From contig CAVVYZ010000019.1 in NCBI GenBank assembly GCA_963752595.1, forward strand, positions 32,001 through 96,000: a stretch of DNA of 64,000 bases, in the 5' to 3' direction. The DNA comes from an uncultured delta proteobacterium (GTDB lineage Bacteria; Desulfobacterota; Desulfomonilia; UBA1062). The notes under the pieces are model-generated. The model saw only the letters and a program-made list of their open reading frames with translations, had not been told where the DNA came from and did no database searches. This document shows positions 31,340-41,537 of the stretch, one piece after another (the first letter of the stretch is position 1; each line of letters begins with the position of its first letter). Both the position numbers and the translations under genes were made by a program.

Positions 31340-32644
31340 TTACTGTTTTCCGGCTGCAGCACCCTTGATGGCAGCCAGGATCGGCTTGAGCACCTCAATG
31401 CGCTGGCGGCACAGGACTGACAGCTCCCGGTCGGGTGCAGGGTCGCCCTCTCCCTTTTCCACCATGGCCTGGGCCCGGTCCTTGGCACGCTCCGCCTGTT
31501 CGTTCAAGTCAAGGATCGACCTCTCGATGCGGGTCGCCAGGGTGAGCATCGTGTCCCTGCTTTCCTCCCGCAGCAGCTTGTCCATGGAGCGATTCTTGGC
31601 GTCGAGCAGCAGAGAGTTGCTCCAGCGTAAGACCTCGGCCCTGTCGGTCCCGGGCAGGTCCGGGGTATCGATAAAGTCCTCCAGGGGGGGCACTTCGGGC
31701 GTGCGCACCACCACCTTGACCGGGACGCCCTTCTCCATCAGGGGGCTCACGGAAGTGAGCGTGCGTGCGCGGCGCAGGTATCCGGTCACCGGCTGCCAGT
31801 GGCCGGATTCGTCGTAGCGTGCCACGATTGCCTCATCCATGGGCTTTGCACTCTGCCTGGGGTAGTCCTGGAATACGAGCAGACTGAAGGTGCTGCCCTT
31901 TTTGGGTTTGGTCACAGGGGTCATGGTGAGGAAACCCCGGCACTGCCTGCCGTCGACGGTGATCTCCTGCACGCGGGACTTCCTCTCCCGGTAGGCGGCT
32001 TCCAGCTTGATCTGGTCTGCCGATTTCAACGACCGGGCAACCGCCTCGGCAATGCACCCGGCTGCGTGGTTGTTGACCTTGTTTATCGAGACATCGGTCC
32101 GGCTCACGAAGTCTCCGCCAAAGAGACTGTCCCTTTCGAGATCCGAGAACCCGGGAACCGGTATCAAACCCCAGGGCCAGTAGCTGCACCACTCGATCAC
32201 GTCTATCTCGAAGTTGTCGTCTTTCTCGTACAGACATTCGCCTAGAGAATCCATTATGCTGGTACGGACGGTAAAATCATGCTTGTAGGTCTCGGTGGTC
32301 GGTATAATCCCCAAGGTGCAGACAAGGGTGAAAAACTTGCTGAAACCGGAAGGGTTGATGTCCGATCTTTTGATATCTACATGAACCGGCAGGCTTGCCC
32401 AGTCGTCCGAGAATACACTCGGGTAGAGGGCTTTTGCCTTCTGGTCGATAACCGGAGGCAACGGCTGCACACCCGGCTTCTCGTAGTTGAAGCTCGACAT
32501 GGTGAGACGCACGGGGCCGTATTGCAGGTCCTTGTCGCCCGAAGGCTTCATGGTGCTGGTGTACCGTGCCGCGCTACAGCCGCTCAAAACCATGGCAACC
32601 AGGAGCAATACCATTCCTATGACATATACACGGCAGTTCCTCAT
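31340..32644 (-). CDS. Lipoprotein paralog 1 of tandem triplet
   Basis: Lipobox LSGC; same conserved C-terminus. Confidence 0.85.
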   Translation of the reverse strand: MRNCRVYVIGMVLLLVAMVLSGCSAARYTSTMKPSGDKDLQYGPVRLTMSSFNYEKPGVQPLPPVIDQKAKALYPSVFSDDWASLPVHVDIKRSDINPSGFSKFFTLVCTLGIIPTTETYKHDFTVRTSIMDSLGECLYEKDDNFEIDVIEWCSYWPWGLIPVPGFSDLERDSLFGGDFVSRTDVSINKVNNHAAGCIAEAVARSLKSADQIKLEAAYRERKSRVQEITVDGRQCRGFLTMTPVTKPKKGSTFSLLVFQDYPRQSAKPMDEAIVARYDESGHWQPVTGYLRRARTLTSVSPLMEKGVPVKVVVRTPEVPPLEDFIDTPDLPGTDRAEVLRWSNSLLLDAKNRSMDKLLREESRDTMLTLATRIERSILDLNEQAERAKDRAQAMVEKGEGDPAPDRELSVLCRQRIEVLKPILAAIKGAAAGKQ

Positions 32645-33263
32645 TATCTTTACTCCCTTCTCTTGAGGTAATTTTCATGTCTCATGCAGTCAAAGCCCTA
32701 AATCCTTCTGGATGCGTTGGAGTGGGAACTTCGGTGTTGATTTTATCGGCTGTCAGCAGCCTGATATTTACTATACCTTTTTAATAGACAATGAAAGGCC
32801 TCCGAGGTTTTTTTGAGAAGCCGGAATGCCCCGGAAAGAATCCTACTTCATGATTCTTATTGAAAAACAGTGAAGAAACGCAGCTCGAAGGAGTAAAGGA
32901 ATTTACCGCCTTTGCAAGGATAACGGGCATCGCGAATATTTATACTTCCGAAATGAATATGATTCAAGATATTGGAATCGATAAGTATGTTTTATCAAAA
33001 TGAGCGGCTTGAATGATACAGGAGAGAGCAAAGCTATGCCTAGTAACTAAAATTAATAATATTAGGATTGAAATGAAAAGGCAACTATTATTTGAACCTT
33101 ACACGGCGATTAAAATATATTCTTTGCAGGGAATATTCTGCGGCAATCGGTATTGGTCCCTTTTGATGCCATCAAAGGTATAAGACCAGTATAATGATGG
33201 GCACTACATCATATCTAATTGATATTATATTTTATTTAAGATTTAAATTTGGACACAAAAAGG

Positions 33264-33300
33264 TTGACAAGATATTAAATCATGAGTAGAATTATATTCA
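33264..33300 (+). promoter_or_regulatory. Sigma70-type promoter with overlapping palindromic operator
   Basis: TTGACA (33264)-17 bp-TAGAAT (33287); TGAGTAGAATTATATTCA (33283-33300) is self-complementary at 14 of 18 positions. Confidence 0.65.
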
Positions 33301-33370
33301 GTAAATAGATATATCAAGTGAGATTTTATTCGACACTGGTAGGACAAAATCTTTTAAAGGGGAGCTGAAT

Positions 33371-34231
33371 ATGGGAAACTTGAATAAGGTTGGAGTTGTT
33401 GGAGCCGGCATGATGGGTTCTGAGATCGCACTTTGTTTTGCGGCATCAGGCATCAATGTAGTTATTCACGAAGTATCCCTTGATCTGGCTAAAAAGGCAA
33501 AAGAACGATTAGGCGGTATTCTTGATAAATCAATTAAGAAGGGTAAGGCAACCGAAGAAGAGAAAGAACAATCGCTCAATCGAATCGAGCTGACAGATAG
33601 TTTTAAAGGCTTTGACGATGTTGATATCGTTATAGAAGCCGTGTTTGAAGATTTCAAGACAAAGACGGACGTCTTTTCCCGGTTAGACAAGATCTGTAAA
33701 CCCGGATGTATATTTGCAACCAATACATCCAGCATGCCGATAACCCTCCTGGCCACATCGGTGAGCCCGGATAGAATCGGAAAATTCTTAGGGGCACATT
33801 TTTTCTCACCGGCATTTGTCATGAAACTGGTGGAAGTTATCCCGGCGCTTGATACCGATGAGGATTCGGTAACATTCATGATGGATTCTTGTCGACTGAT
33901 CAATAAGACACCCGTGCGGGTAAAAGATGTTGCAGGATTTGCCGTCAACAGACTGCTCCATGCAATGTGGGTTGAGGCATGCAGATTACTCGAAGAGGGA
34001 GTGGCAAGTCCTGAAGATATCGATGCAGCCTGTAAATTCGGCTTAGGTCATCCGATAGGCCCATTTGCCCTCATGGATTTGACCAGCAATGACTTGAACT
34101 TAAAAGTTCAGCAAATATTGTTCGATGCGTATGGAGAACGATTCAAGCCCAGGCCCGTTTTAAAACAACTGGTCGATGCAAATCATCTCGGCAGAAAAAC
34201 TGGACGGGGCTGGCATAATTATAACAAATGA
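33371..34231 (+). CDS. hbd: 3-hydroxyacyl(butyryl)-CoA dehydrogenase
   Basis: GAGMMG, EAVFE, ATNTSS, HFFSP, GHPIGP, LGRKTGRG. Confidence 0.92.
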   Translation: MGNLNKVGVVGAGMMGSEIALCFAASGINVVIHEVSLDLAKKAKERLGGILDKSIKKGKATEEEKEQSLNRIELTDSFKGFDDVDIVIEAVFEDFKTKTDVFSRLDKICKPGCIFATNTSSMPITLLATSVSPDRIGKFLGAHFFSPAFVMKLVEVIPALDTDEDSVTFMMDSCRLINKTPVRVKDVAGFAVNRLLHAMWVEACRLLEEGVASPEDIDAACKFGLGHPIGPFALMDLTSNDLNLKVQQILFDAYGERFKPRPVLKQLVDANHLGRKTGRGWHNYNK

Positions 34232-34346
34232 TCCAATGAAACAGGAATGACCGGGGCTATTTCGGCATGATAAAAAAATAGCTTTACAAAAAGCTATATT
34301 ACGTGGTGATTATAAGGAAGCTGCTATAATATAATATGGAGTAGTT

Positions 34347-35525
34347 ATGAGTGAGGACAAAAGAGCAAAAATATTAGCTTCCGCCGAAGAAATCATGTCG
34401 GAGAAAAGGCTCGCGGATACCACAATTTCAGAAATAGCCGCCAAGGCAGGGGTAGCTGATTCGGTTATTTATCAATACTTCAAAGGCAAGGAAGATATAT
34501 TGTTTTCCGTGCCTGGCGAGAGGATGAAGGAAGTATTATTTTTGCTTGGAGAGCATCTGCAAGGCATTCGAGATGCTGAAAGCCGCTTGAGCAAGATGAT
34601 CTGGTTTCATTTAAGGGACATAGATACTCACCCCGGATATGGCCGAATATTGCTCCTGGAGTGCAGATCTTCACCCGACTTCTATATGACGCCGGCTTAT
34701 GATCTCGTAAAGGAATATTCGGATGTCCTTTATACTATATTAAAAAATGGCGTCGAGGATGGATCATTTCGTTCTGACCTGAATGTCAAAATAGCCCGAG
34801 ATATCATACTCGGCACTCTTGATTCGGAAATAATAAGCTCTCTTGCCTTGGGCGAGATTGCAGAAGGCGCTCCGGACCATGAAGATATCATGTCATTAGT
34901 TCATGCCATGGTTACCTCGACGGCCAAGCCGATCTACAGTAAATCAGACAGGATCCTCAGGGCAGCCGAAAAAGTTTTTGCCGAGAAAGGATTCACCAAG
35001 TCGAAAATATCTGAAATTGCAAAGATTGCCGGGATCTCAGAGGCAACAGTATATGAATACTTTGAAAATAAAGAGGATGTTTTTCTCTCTATCCCTCAGA
35101 AACGCTTCCAGGAAAACCTGGATGAACTTTCTGAAACATTCCATATAAAGCATCCTGTGAGGAAACTGAAAAGGTTTACTAAATACTATTTCTTCCTTCT
35201 TCTTACAGAAGAAGATTTCTTGAAAGTTTTTCTTCTTCAGCTCCAATTGAGTCCGCGGTTTTATGCCTCAAAATCATTCGCGAGCTTCCGGAGATATTTT
35301 TCTGTAGTTGAAGGAATCATAGAAGAAGGCAAGAAAGAAGGATATTTCAGAGCCGATGTAAATCCTCGCGTATTCAGAAATATGTTTTTTGGTGCGTTCA
35401 CTCATCTGGCACTTCGATGGGTAATGTCTCAGGATGGAAAAGAACCTGACAAAATAAAAGAAATAAAACACGCAGCAGATTTGTTCTGTTCGGCAGTTAT
35501 GGCTCTTGATGGTGATGAGGATTGA
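34347..35525 (+). CDS. Tandem (double) TetR-family regulator
   Basis: Two HTH units: TISEIAAKAGVADSVIYQYFKGKEDI and KISEIAKIAGISEATVYEYFENKEDV. Confidence 0.9.
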   Translation: MSEDKRAKILASAEEIMSEKRLADTTISEIAAKAGVADSVIYQYFKGKEDILFSVPGERMKEVLFLLGEHLQGIRDAESRLSKMIWFHLRDIDTHPGYGRILLLECRSSPDFYMTPAYDLVKEYSDVLYTILKNGVEDGSFRSDLNVKIARDIILGTLDSEIISSLALGEIAEGAPDHEDIMSLVHAMVTSTAKPIYSKSDRILRAAEKVFAEKGFTKSKISEIAKIAGISEATVYEYFENKEDVFLSIPQKRFQENLDELSETFHIKHPVRKLKRFTKYYFFLLLTEEDFLKVFLLQLQLSPRFYASKSFASFRRYFSVVEGIIEEGKKEGYFRADVNPRVFRNMFFGAFTHLALRWVMSQDGKEPDKIKEIKHAADLFCSAVMALDGDED

Positions 35526-35608
35526 AGCAATGTTTTCAAATCAGACTCGGCTTTTATCAGGAGAGAAAAAAAGGAATTCGATAAAAAAGAGCTAAAACGT
35601 AGTCAGAT

Positions 35609-35712
35609 AGGGTTCTGCCTAGAGCCGGCCAACTCGAAGCGGACGTAAGAACGATATAAGCGGGCATTGTGGGAGCCTACATAACCACAATGCCCGCTTT
35701 TTTGTTGCCCTG
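35609..35712 (+). promoter_or_regulatory. Structured leader/attenuator element, copy A
   Basis: Hairpin with CCGGCCAA loop, GGACGTAAGA, then terminator AAGCGGGCATTGTGG..CCACAATGCCCGCTT plus T run; homologous to 50578-50684 (-). Confidence 0.7.
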
Positions 35713-35794
35713 ATGAAGGTAAGGGTACGTATTTCATAGGTATTTAAGCAAAAATAAAAATTGATCCGTCAAAGAAAATTAAGGGAGAAAAAAA

Positions 35795-37009
35795 ATGAAC
35801 AAGAAAGATGATGTCGTAATCGTAAGTGGAGTGAGAACACCATTCAGCAAGTTTGGCGGAACCTTGAAAAATATTCATAGTACAGATCTGGGTTGTGTAG
35901 TTATCAAAGAGAGTCTCAAGAGAGCAGGACTCAAAGGCGAAGATCTGGATGAACTGTACTACGGGATGTGCGATCAGGCAGAAGCGGCCCTTTATGATAA
36001 TGTAAACGGGCGACAGGCATTACTTCGCGCAGGCCTTCCTCAAACCCTGGTGTCACTCACTATAGACAGGGCGTGCTGTTCTTCGCTCTGTGCGGTTCAT
36101 CTTGGAAGAAGAGCGATTTTATTGGATGAAGCAAATGTGTGTATGGCAGTGGGCGCCGAGAACATGGGCAATACCCCGCTATTGATAAACGGACATCGGT
36201 GGGGAGGAGGGATGGCGCCGCTTCTGGTTCAAGATTATCTCAATCCCATCACCTATCGGGAGTATTCTCCTTTGGGAAGAGACGCCGGAGAGATCGCAAT
36301 TGAATATGGAATATCACGGGAAGAGCAGGACAAATGGGCGGTGGGTTCACAGCAGAAGTGGGCCATGGCTGACAAAGCGGGAAAATTCAAAGATGAGCTT
36401 GTGCCGGTAGAAGTACCACAGAAAAGAGCCGACCCGATCCTTTTTGACAGGGATGAGTTCCCGAAGCCGAATACCACTCTGGAAGGTCTGGCAAAATTAA
36501 AAACCATATACGGAAGCCCTACGGTAACCGCCGGTAATGCTCCGGGGCTTGATACAGGAGCTGCCGCAGTGATTATCATGAGGAGATCCAAGGCGGAAGA
36601 GCTGGGCGCTAAGCCTCTTGCCACCATCATTACAGCAGCCAGTGCCGCCAGTGAGCCAAGGAGAATGGCTGAGCTTCCCGGATTCGTAATACAGAAAGCT
36701 TTGAAGAGGGCTGACCTCAGTATCGATAAGATGGACGTTATTGAGATCAATGAGGCCTTCGCGGCAGTTACCCTTGTATCCACCAAGATTCTTGCCGGAA
36801 ATGATGAAACCAAATGGCGTGAGCTCCTGAAAAAAACGAATCCTAACGGCGGTGCAATTGCGATCGGCCATCCGGTTGGAGCAAGCGGGGCACGAATTCT
36901 GATCACGATGATGCACGAGTTGAGGAGAAGGGGCGGCGGTTATGGAGTGTGCGGTATCTGCGGTGGTCTGGCACAGGGTGATTGTGCCATCATCAAAGTG
37001 GATGAATAA
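35795..37009 (+). CDS. Thiolase (acetyl-CoA acyltransferase)
   Basis: RTPF, DRACCSS, TAGNA, EINEAFA, GHPVGASG, CGGLAQG. Confidence 0.93.
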   Translation: MNKKDDVVIVSGVRTPFSKFGGTLKNIHSTDLGCVVIKESLKRAGLKGEDLDELYYGMCDQAEAALYDNVNGRQALLRAGLPQTLVSLTIDRACCSSLCAVHLGRRAILLDEANVCMAVGAENMGNTPLLINGHRWGGGMAPLLVQDYLNPITYREYSPLGRDAGEIAIEYGISREEQDKWAVGSQQKWAMADKAGKFKDELVPVEVPQKRADPILFDRDEFPKPNTTLEGLAKLKTIYGSPTVTAGNAPGLDTGAAAVIIMRRSKAEELGAKPLATIITAASAASEPRRMAELPGFVIQKALKRADLSIDKMDVIEINEAFAAVTLVSTKILAGNDETKWRELLKKTNPNGGAIAIGHPVGASGARILITMMHELRRRGGGYGVCGICGGLAQGDCAIIKVDE

Positions 37010-37096
37010 TGGAATGTTCCTGTTCATCAACAAAGATGGATTGAATACAGGAACAGGAACATTCGCTATTCGGTAATGAAACCGGGAGATAACGTA

Positions 37097-37861
37097 ATGA
37101 AATATATAAAATATGAGATTGAGAATCAGATAGCAACGATAACGATCAATCGACCTGAAGTGCTGAATGCACTGAATAAAGACCTTATCGATGAGTTTGG
37201 GTTGACCATCGACAATATGATGAATGAAGGCAATGCGCGTGTTTTGATTATTACCGGCGAAGGGAAAAGCTTCGCAGCAGGTGCCGACATTGTCCAGATG
37301 ATAGAAATGAATCCTGCTCAGGCGAGAGGATTCATTTTTAGTGATGTGTTTAATAAAATCGAAGCGCTTCCGATTCCGGTTTTTGCTGCAATCAAGGGTT
37401 TTGCTCTTGGCGGCGGGTTGGAACTGGCTCTCGCGTGTGATTTTCGCATCTGCAACGCTAAAGCAAAATTAGGACTGCCGGAAATCAAGCTCGGGATTAT
37501 GCCCGGGGCGGGCGGGACACAGCGTCTGCCGAAACTCATAGGATTGAGCCATGCCCGGGAAATGATCTATTTCGGCGATATCATCGATGCAGAGAAAGCG
37601 TACCAGTGGGGTCTGTGTGATAGAGTCGTAGAGGGAGATCCTTTAGAGCAAGCGAAAGAACTGGCAGCAAAGGTTATTGAAAAATCCTCTGTCGCTCTCG
37701 AAGCGGCAAAGAAGACAATAAATTACGGTATAGATAAGGATTTGTCTTCCGGAATAGCCTTTGAAGTCATTGTATGGTCCGACCTTTTCTCCACGGCCGA
37801 TCAGAAAGAAGGGATGAGGGCGTTTCAGGAAAAGAGAAAACCTAATTTTAAAGGTAAGTAA
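37097..37861 (+). CDS. Enoyl-CoA hydratase (crotonase family)
   Basis: INRPEVLNAL, FAAGADI, ALGGGLELA, PEIKLGIMPGAGGTQRL; alternative start 37076. Confidence 0.92.
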   Translation: MKYIKYEIENQIATITINRPEVLNALNKDLIDEFGLTIDNMMNEGNARVLIITGEGKSFAAGADIVQMIEMNPAQARGFIFSDVFNKIEALPIPVFAAIKGFALGGGLELALACDFRICNAKAKLGLPEIKLGIMPGAGGTQRLPKLIGLSHAREMIYFGDIIDAEKAYQWGLCDRVVEGDPLEQAKELAAKVIEKSSVALEAAKKTINYGIDKDLSSGIAFEVIVWSDLFSTADQKEGMRAFQEKRKPNFKGK

Positions 37862-37916
37862 GTGAAGTGTGGACAGATTGTGAGATGCATACCATTCGTA
37901 CGAGGAGAGTGGATAA

Positions 37917-39719
37917 ATGGAAAACAAGCTGGCTGATTTAAGAGATACTCGTTTTGTTCTTTACGAACAATTAGGAATAGAAAAACTTTGTGAAACGGAG
38001 AAATATGCGGATCATTCCAAGGAAACCTTTGAGATGATCATCGATACGGCTGAGAAACTTGCCGTGAATCAATTTGCCCCGGTCAACAGCGAGGGTGATG
38101 AGATAGGATGCGTCTTTGCAGAAGGGACCGTCAAGTGCCCTGAAGTATACCGAACTCCTTTTCAGAAATACTGCGAAGGGGGATGGATGAGTCTTCCCGA
38201 CGTATACGATGTAGGCGGCCAGAATGCACCTTTTGCTATGTACTTTGCCTGCCATGAGCTGTTCTATGCCGCGAACCATGCGTTAACCGTTTATATGGGC
38301 CTTACCCACAGCGCAGCCAAAGTCACAGAGATCTTTGGAACGGATGAGCAGAAGAGGAAATACATGCAGCCCCTGTACGAAGGAAGGTACAGCGGCACCA
38401 TGGATCTGACCGAGACCCAGGCAGGAAGCGATGTGGGTTTTGCGAGAACAAAGGCAATCAGAAATCCGGACGGTACCTATTCGATTGTCGGAGGGAAGAT
38501 ATTCATCAGCAGCGGGGAGAATAATCTTACTGAAAACATCATTCATATTGTTTTAGCACGCATAGAAGGAGCACCAGAGGGGACTCGTGGTTTATCATGT
38601 TTTATCGTTCCCAAATACAGAGTCAACGATGACGGAACACTGGGTGAACCCAATGATCTTACCTGCGCGGGCGTAGAGCATAAAATGGGTATACACGGTT
38701 CTCCGACAAGCGTCCTGAACTTTGGCGACAACGGTAGGTGCAGGGGTGAACTCTTAGGACCCGAACAGAAAGGCATTATCGTTATGTTTCACATGATGAA
38801 TGAGCAAAGGGTGCTGGTCGGCTTGCAGGGTCAATCTCTGGGAAGTACCGCATATCTTCATGCTCTGGATTTCGCACGGGAACGTAAACAGGGCAGCAAG
38901 TTCGGCTCTAAGGATTTTTCACAGGTGCCCATCATAACTCATCCTGACGTGAGGAGAAATCTCATGTGGATGAAGTCGTATACCGAAGGACTGCGGGCCC
39001 TCATACTGTACACGACTTTTTGTATGGACATGGAGGCTGCAAGTACCGGCGAGGATGACAAGAAGAAGTGGCAGAATATTGTGGAGTTGCTGACCCCCAT
39101 TGCCAAGGCCTATTCCACCGATAAAGGTTTTGATGTATGCACGCGGGCCATACAGGTTCATGGAGGATATGGTTATTGCAAGGAATACAAGGTGGAACAG
39201 TTCGCCAGGGACTGCAAGATCACTGCAATCTATGAGGGCACGAATGCAATACAGGCAATAGATCTGTTCGGCCGTAAGATCAAGATGAACAAGGGTGCGG
39301 CATACAACACGGTACTATCGGAAATGAAAGCCGCGGTTGAAAAGGCCTCGGCAGTAAGCGAGCTTGCACCGTATGCCGAGGCAGTTGCACAATCCATATC
39401 AGCGCTTGAAGAGATAACACGATTTCTGATTGAAAAGTCCTCGGGCGAAGATGCGTACCTGGCATACTCCTGGGCCACGCCGTACCTTGAAATATTCGGC
39501 GATATCGTCCTGGGATGGATGTTTATCTGGCAGGCATGGACAGCCCATGGAAGTGAGGCCGGCAGCAGCGCTAATGACAAGCAATTCTATGCCGGCAAAA
39601 TCAATACGGCAAAATTCTATATCGGGTCACTGCTTCCCGCAGTCTATGGGAAGATAGATGCCATAAAACAGTTCGACCGGTCATTCCTTGAGATAGGGGA
39701 GTCTGTCTTTCTTCCATAA
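37917..39719 (+). CDS. Acyl-CoA dehydrogenase (long, ~600 aa type)
   Basis: LTETQAGSD, KIFISSGE, EHKMGIHGS, QVHGGYG, IYEGTN. Confidence 0.92.
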   Translation: MENKLADLRDTRFVLYEQLGIEKLCETEKYADHSKETFEMIIDTAEKLAVNQFAPVNSEGDEIGCVFAEGTVKCPEVYRTPFQKYCEGGWMSLPDVYDVGGQNAPFAMYFACHELFYAANHALTVYMGLTHSAAKVTEIFGTDEQKRKYMQPLYEGRYSGTMDLTETQAGSDVGFARTKAIRNPDGTYSIVGGKIFISSGENNLTENIIHIVLARIEGAPEGTRGLSCFIVPKYRVNDDGTLGEPNDLTCAGVEHKMGIHGSPTSVLNFGDNGRCRGELLGPEQKGIIVMFHMMNEQRVLVGLQGQSLGSTAYLHALDFARERKQGSKFGSKDFSQVPIITHPDVRRNLMWMKSYTEGLRALILYTTFCMDMEAASTGEDDKKKWQNIVELLTPIAKAYSTDKGFDVCTRAIQVHGGYGYCKEYKVEQFARDCKITAIYEGTNAIQAIDLFGRKIKMNKGAAYNTVLSEMKAAVEKASAVSELAPYAEAVAQSISALEEITRFLIEKSSGEDAYLAYSWATPYLEIFGDIVLGWMFIWQAWTAHGSEAGSSANDKQFYAGKINTAKFYIGSLLPAVYGKIDAIKQFDRSFLEIGESVFLP

Positions 39720-39800
39720 TGATCGGATGAAAAAATGGATGTAAATAAATAGTGAGACAGGATCTGATTTACAATTAATAAACTAAATAGGAGTGTTACC

Positions 39801-41256
39801 ATGCCGATGATGAACGCGAAGCAGTATGAAGAGTCTCTGAGAAAACTGAACCTTAAGGTATACATGTTCGGCAAGAGGGTGGAGAACGTGGTGGACGATC
39901 CGATCATCCGGCCGTCCATGAACGCGGTTGCGGCGACCTACGAGTTTGCCCACAAGCCGGAATATGAGGATATCCTGACCGCCAAGTCGCACATCACGGG
40001 CAAGAAGATCAACCGGTTCACCCACATACACCAGAGCGTGGACGACCTGGTGAAGAAGAGCAAGATGGGCAGGCTCATGGGCTCGCTCACTGCCTGCTGC
40101 TTCCAGCGGTGCGTGGGCATGGATGCCATGAATGCCCTGTCCATCACCACCCATGCCATCGATGCCAAGTACGGCACCAAGTACTACAAGAGGTTCCTGA
40201 AGTATCTGGAATATGTCCAGGAGAACGACCTGGTCTGCGACGGGGCCATGACCGACCCCAAGGGCGACCGGTCATTGTCTCCGAACAAGCAGTCAGACCC
40301 GGACATGTTCCTGCACATCGTGGAGGAGCGTCCGGACGGGATCGTGGTATCGGGCGCCAAGGCCCACCAGACAGGTGCCGTGAACTCCCACGAGATCATC
40401 GTGATGCCCACTATTACCATGCGGGAGGAGGACAAGGACTATGCGGTGTCGTTCGCGCTGCCGAGCGATGCGGAAGGCATCACCTACATCATGGGCCGCC
40501 AGTCCTGCGATACCCGCAAGCTCGAAGGTATGACCTTTGACCGGGGCAACATGTTCTATGGCGGTCATGAGGCGCTCGTTGTGTTCGATCGTGTCTTCGT
40601 GCCCTGGGAGCGCGTGTTCATGTACAAGGAATACGACTTCTCAACCATGCTCGTGGAAAACTTCGCCTCCTATCACCGCCAGAGCTACGCGTGCAAGGTG
40701 GGTGTTGGAGACGTGCTCATCGGCGCTACCCAGACCGTTGCCGAGTACAACGGTGCCGAGCGGGCCTCCCATGTGAAGGACAAGATCATCGAGATGAACC
40801 ACCTGAACGAAACGCTCTTCTGCGGCTGCATCGCCTGTGCTGCAGAAGGCCACCGGGAGCCGAGCGGAACGTACCAGAACGATCTGCTGCTTGCCAATGT
40901 GCACAAGCAGAATATCACCCGGTTCCCCTACGAGATCGCCACGGCTGGCCCAGGACATTGCGGGCGGCCTTGTGGTGACCTGCCCGTCCGCCCAGGACCT
41001 TTCCTCTCCGGAGACAGGCAAGTGGGTGGATAAATACTTCAAGACCAAGGCAGACGTCCCCACGGAACACCGGATGCGGATCTTAAGGCTCATCGAGAAC
41101 ATCACCATGGGCACCGCCGCCGTGGGGTACCTTACCGAGTCCATGCACGGTGCAGGCTCACCCCAGGCCCAGAGAATCATGATCGCCAGGCTCGTCAATA
41201 TGAAACAGAAGCAGAAGGTGGCCAAGTTCCTGTGCGGCATCGACAAGGAAAAATAA
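39801..41256 (+). CDS. abfD: 4-hydroxybutyryl-CoA dehydratase/vinylacetyl-CoA isomerase family (frameshift near 40940)
   Basis: CFQRCVGMD, AMTDPKGDRS, GAKAHQTG, YHRQSYACKVG, ESMHGAGSPQAQ. Confidence 0.88.
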
Positions 41257-41537
41257 GGGTCGGTCTGAAGTACTGCGGCGGATGCCGGGCTCAGTACGAC
41301 CGAGAGGCTGTCGTGAATCATATGAAAGAAGCATTGAAGGATCAAGTCGAGTTCATCTCGCCCGACAGCCGGGAGGCGGAATGTATTCTTGTAGTCAGTG
41401 GATGCAAGACAGCCTGCGCGGACGTCTCCATGCTTTCAGATCGCCGGGTCCGGTTCATCACCAGTGAAGAAGATGCTGCAGCCTGGATAGAAGAAGAGAA
41501 GCAACGTAAAAAAAACCGCTTAGGGAGGATGAAATGA
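41232..41537 (+). CDS. Small Cys-motif protein (KYCGGC..GC.TAC)
   Basis: Fills the gap between abfD and the ligase, ATGA overlap at 3' end; start uncertain. Confidence 0.7.
   Translation: MRHRQGKIRVGLKYCGGCRAQYDREAVVNHMKEALKDQVEFISPDSREAECILVVSGCKTACADVSMLSDRRVRFITSEEDAAAWIEEEKQRKKNRLGRMK

Noticed and set aside
28599-32644. Diversity-generating retroelement TR/VR pairs
   Set aside because: Repeats are coding paralog ends, differences are not adenine-specific, and no reverse transcriptase is present.
39801-41256. 4-hydroxyphenylacetate 3-monooxygenase (HpaB)
   Set aside because: Same fold family, but Fe-S ligand motifs CFQRC and H..SY.C plus the beta-oxidation context indicate AbfD.
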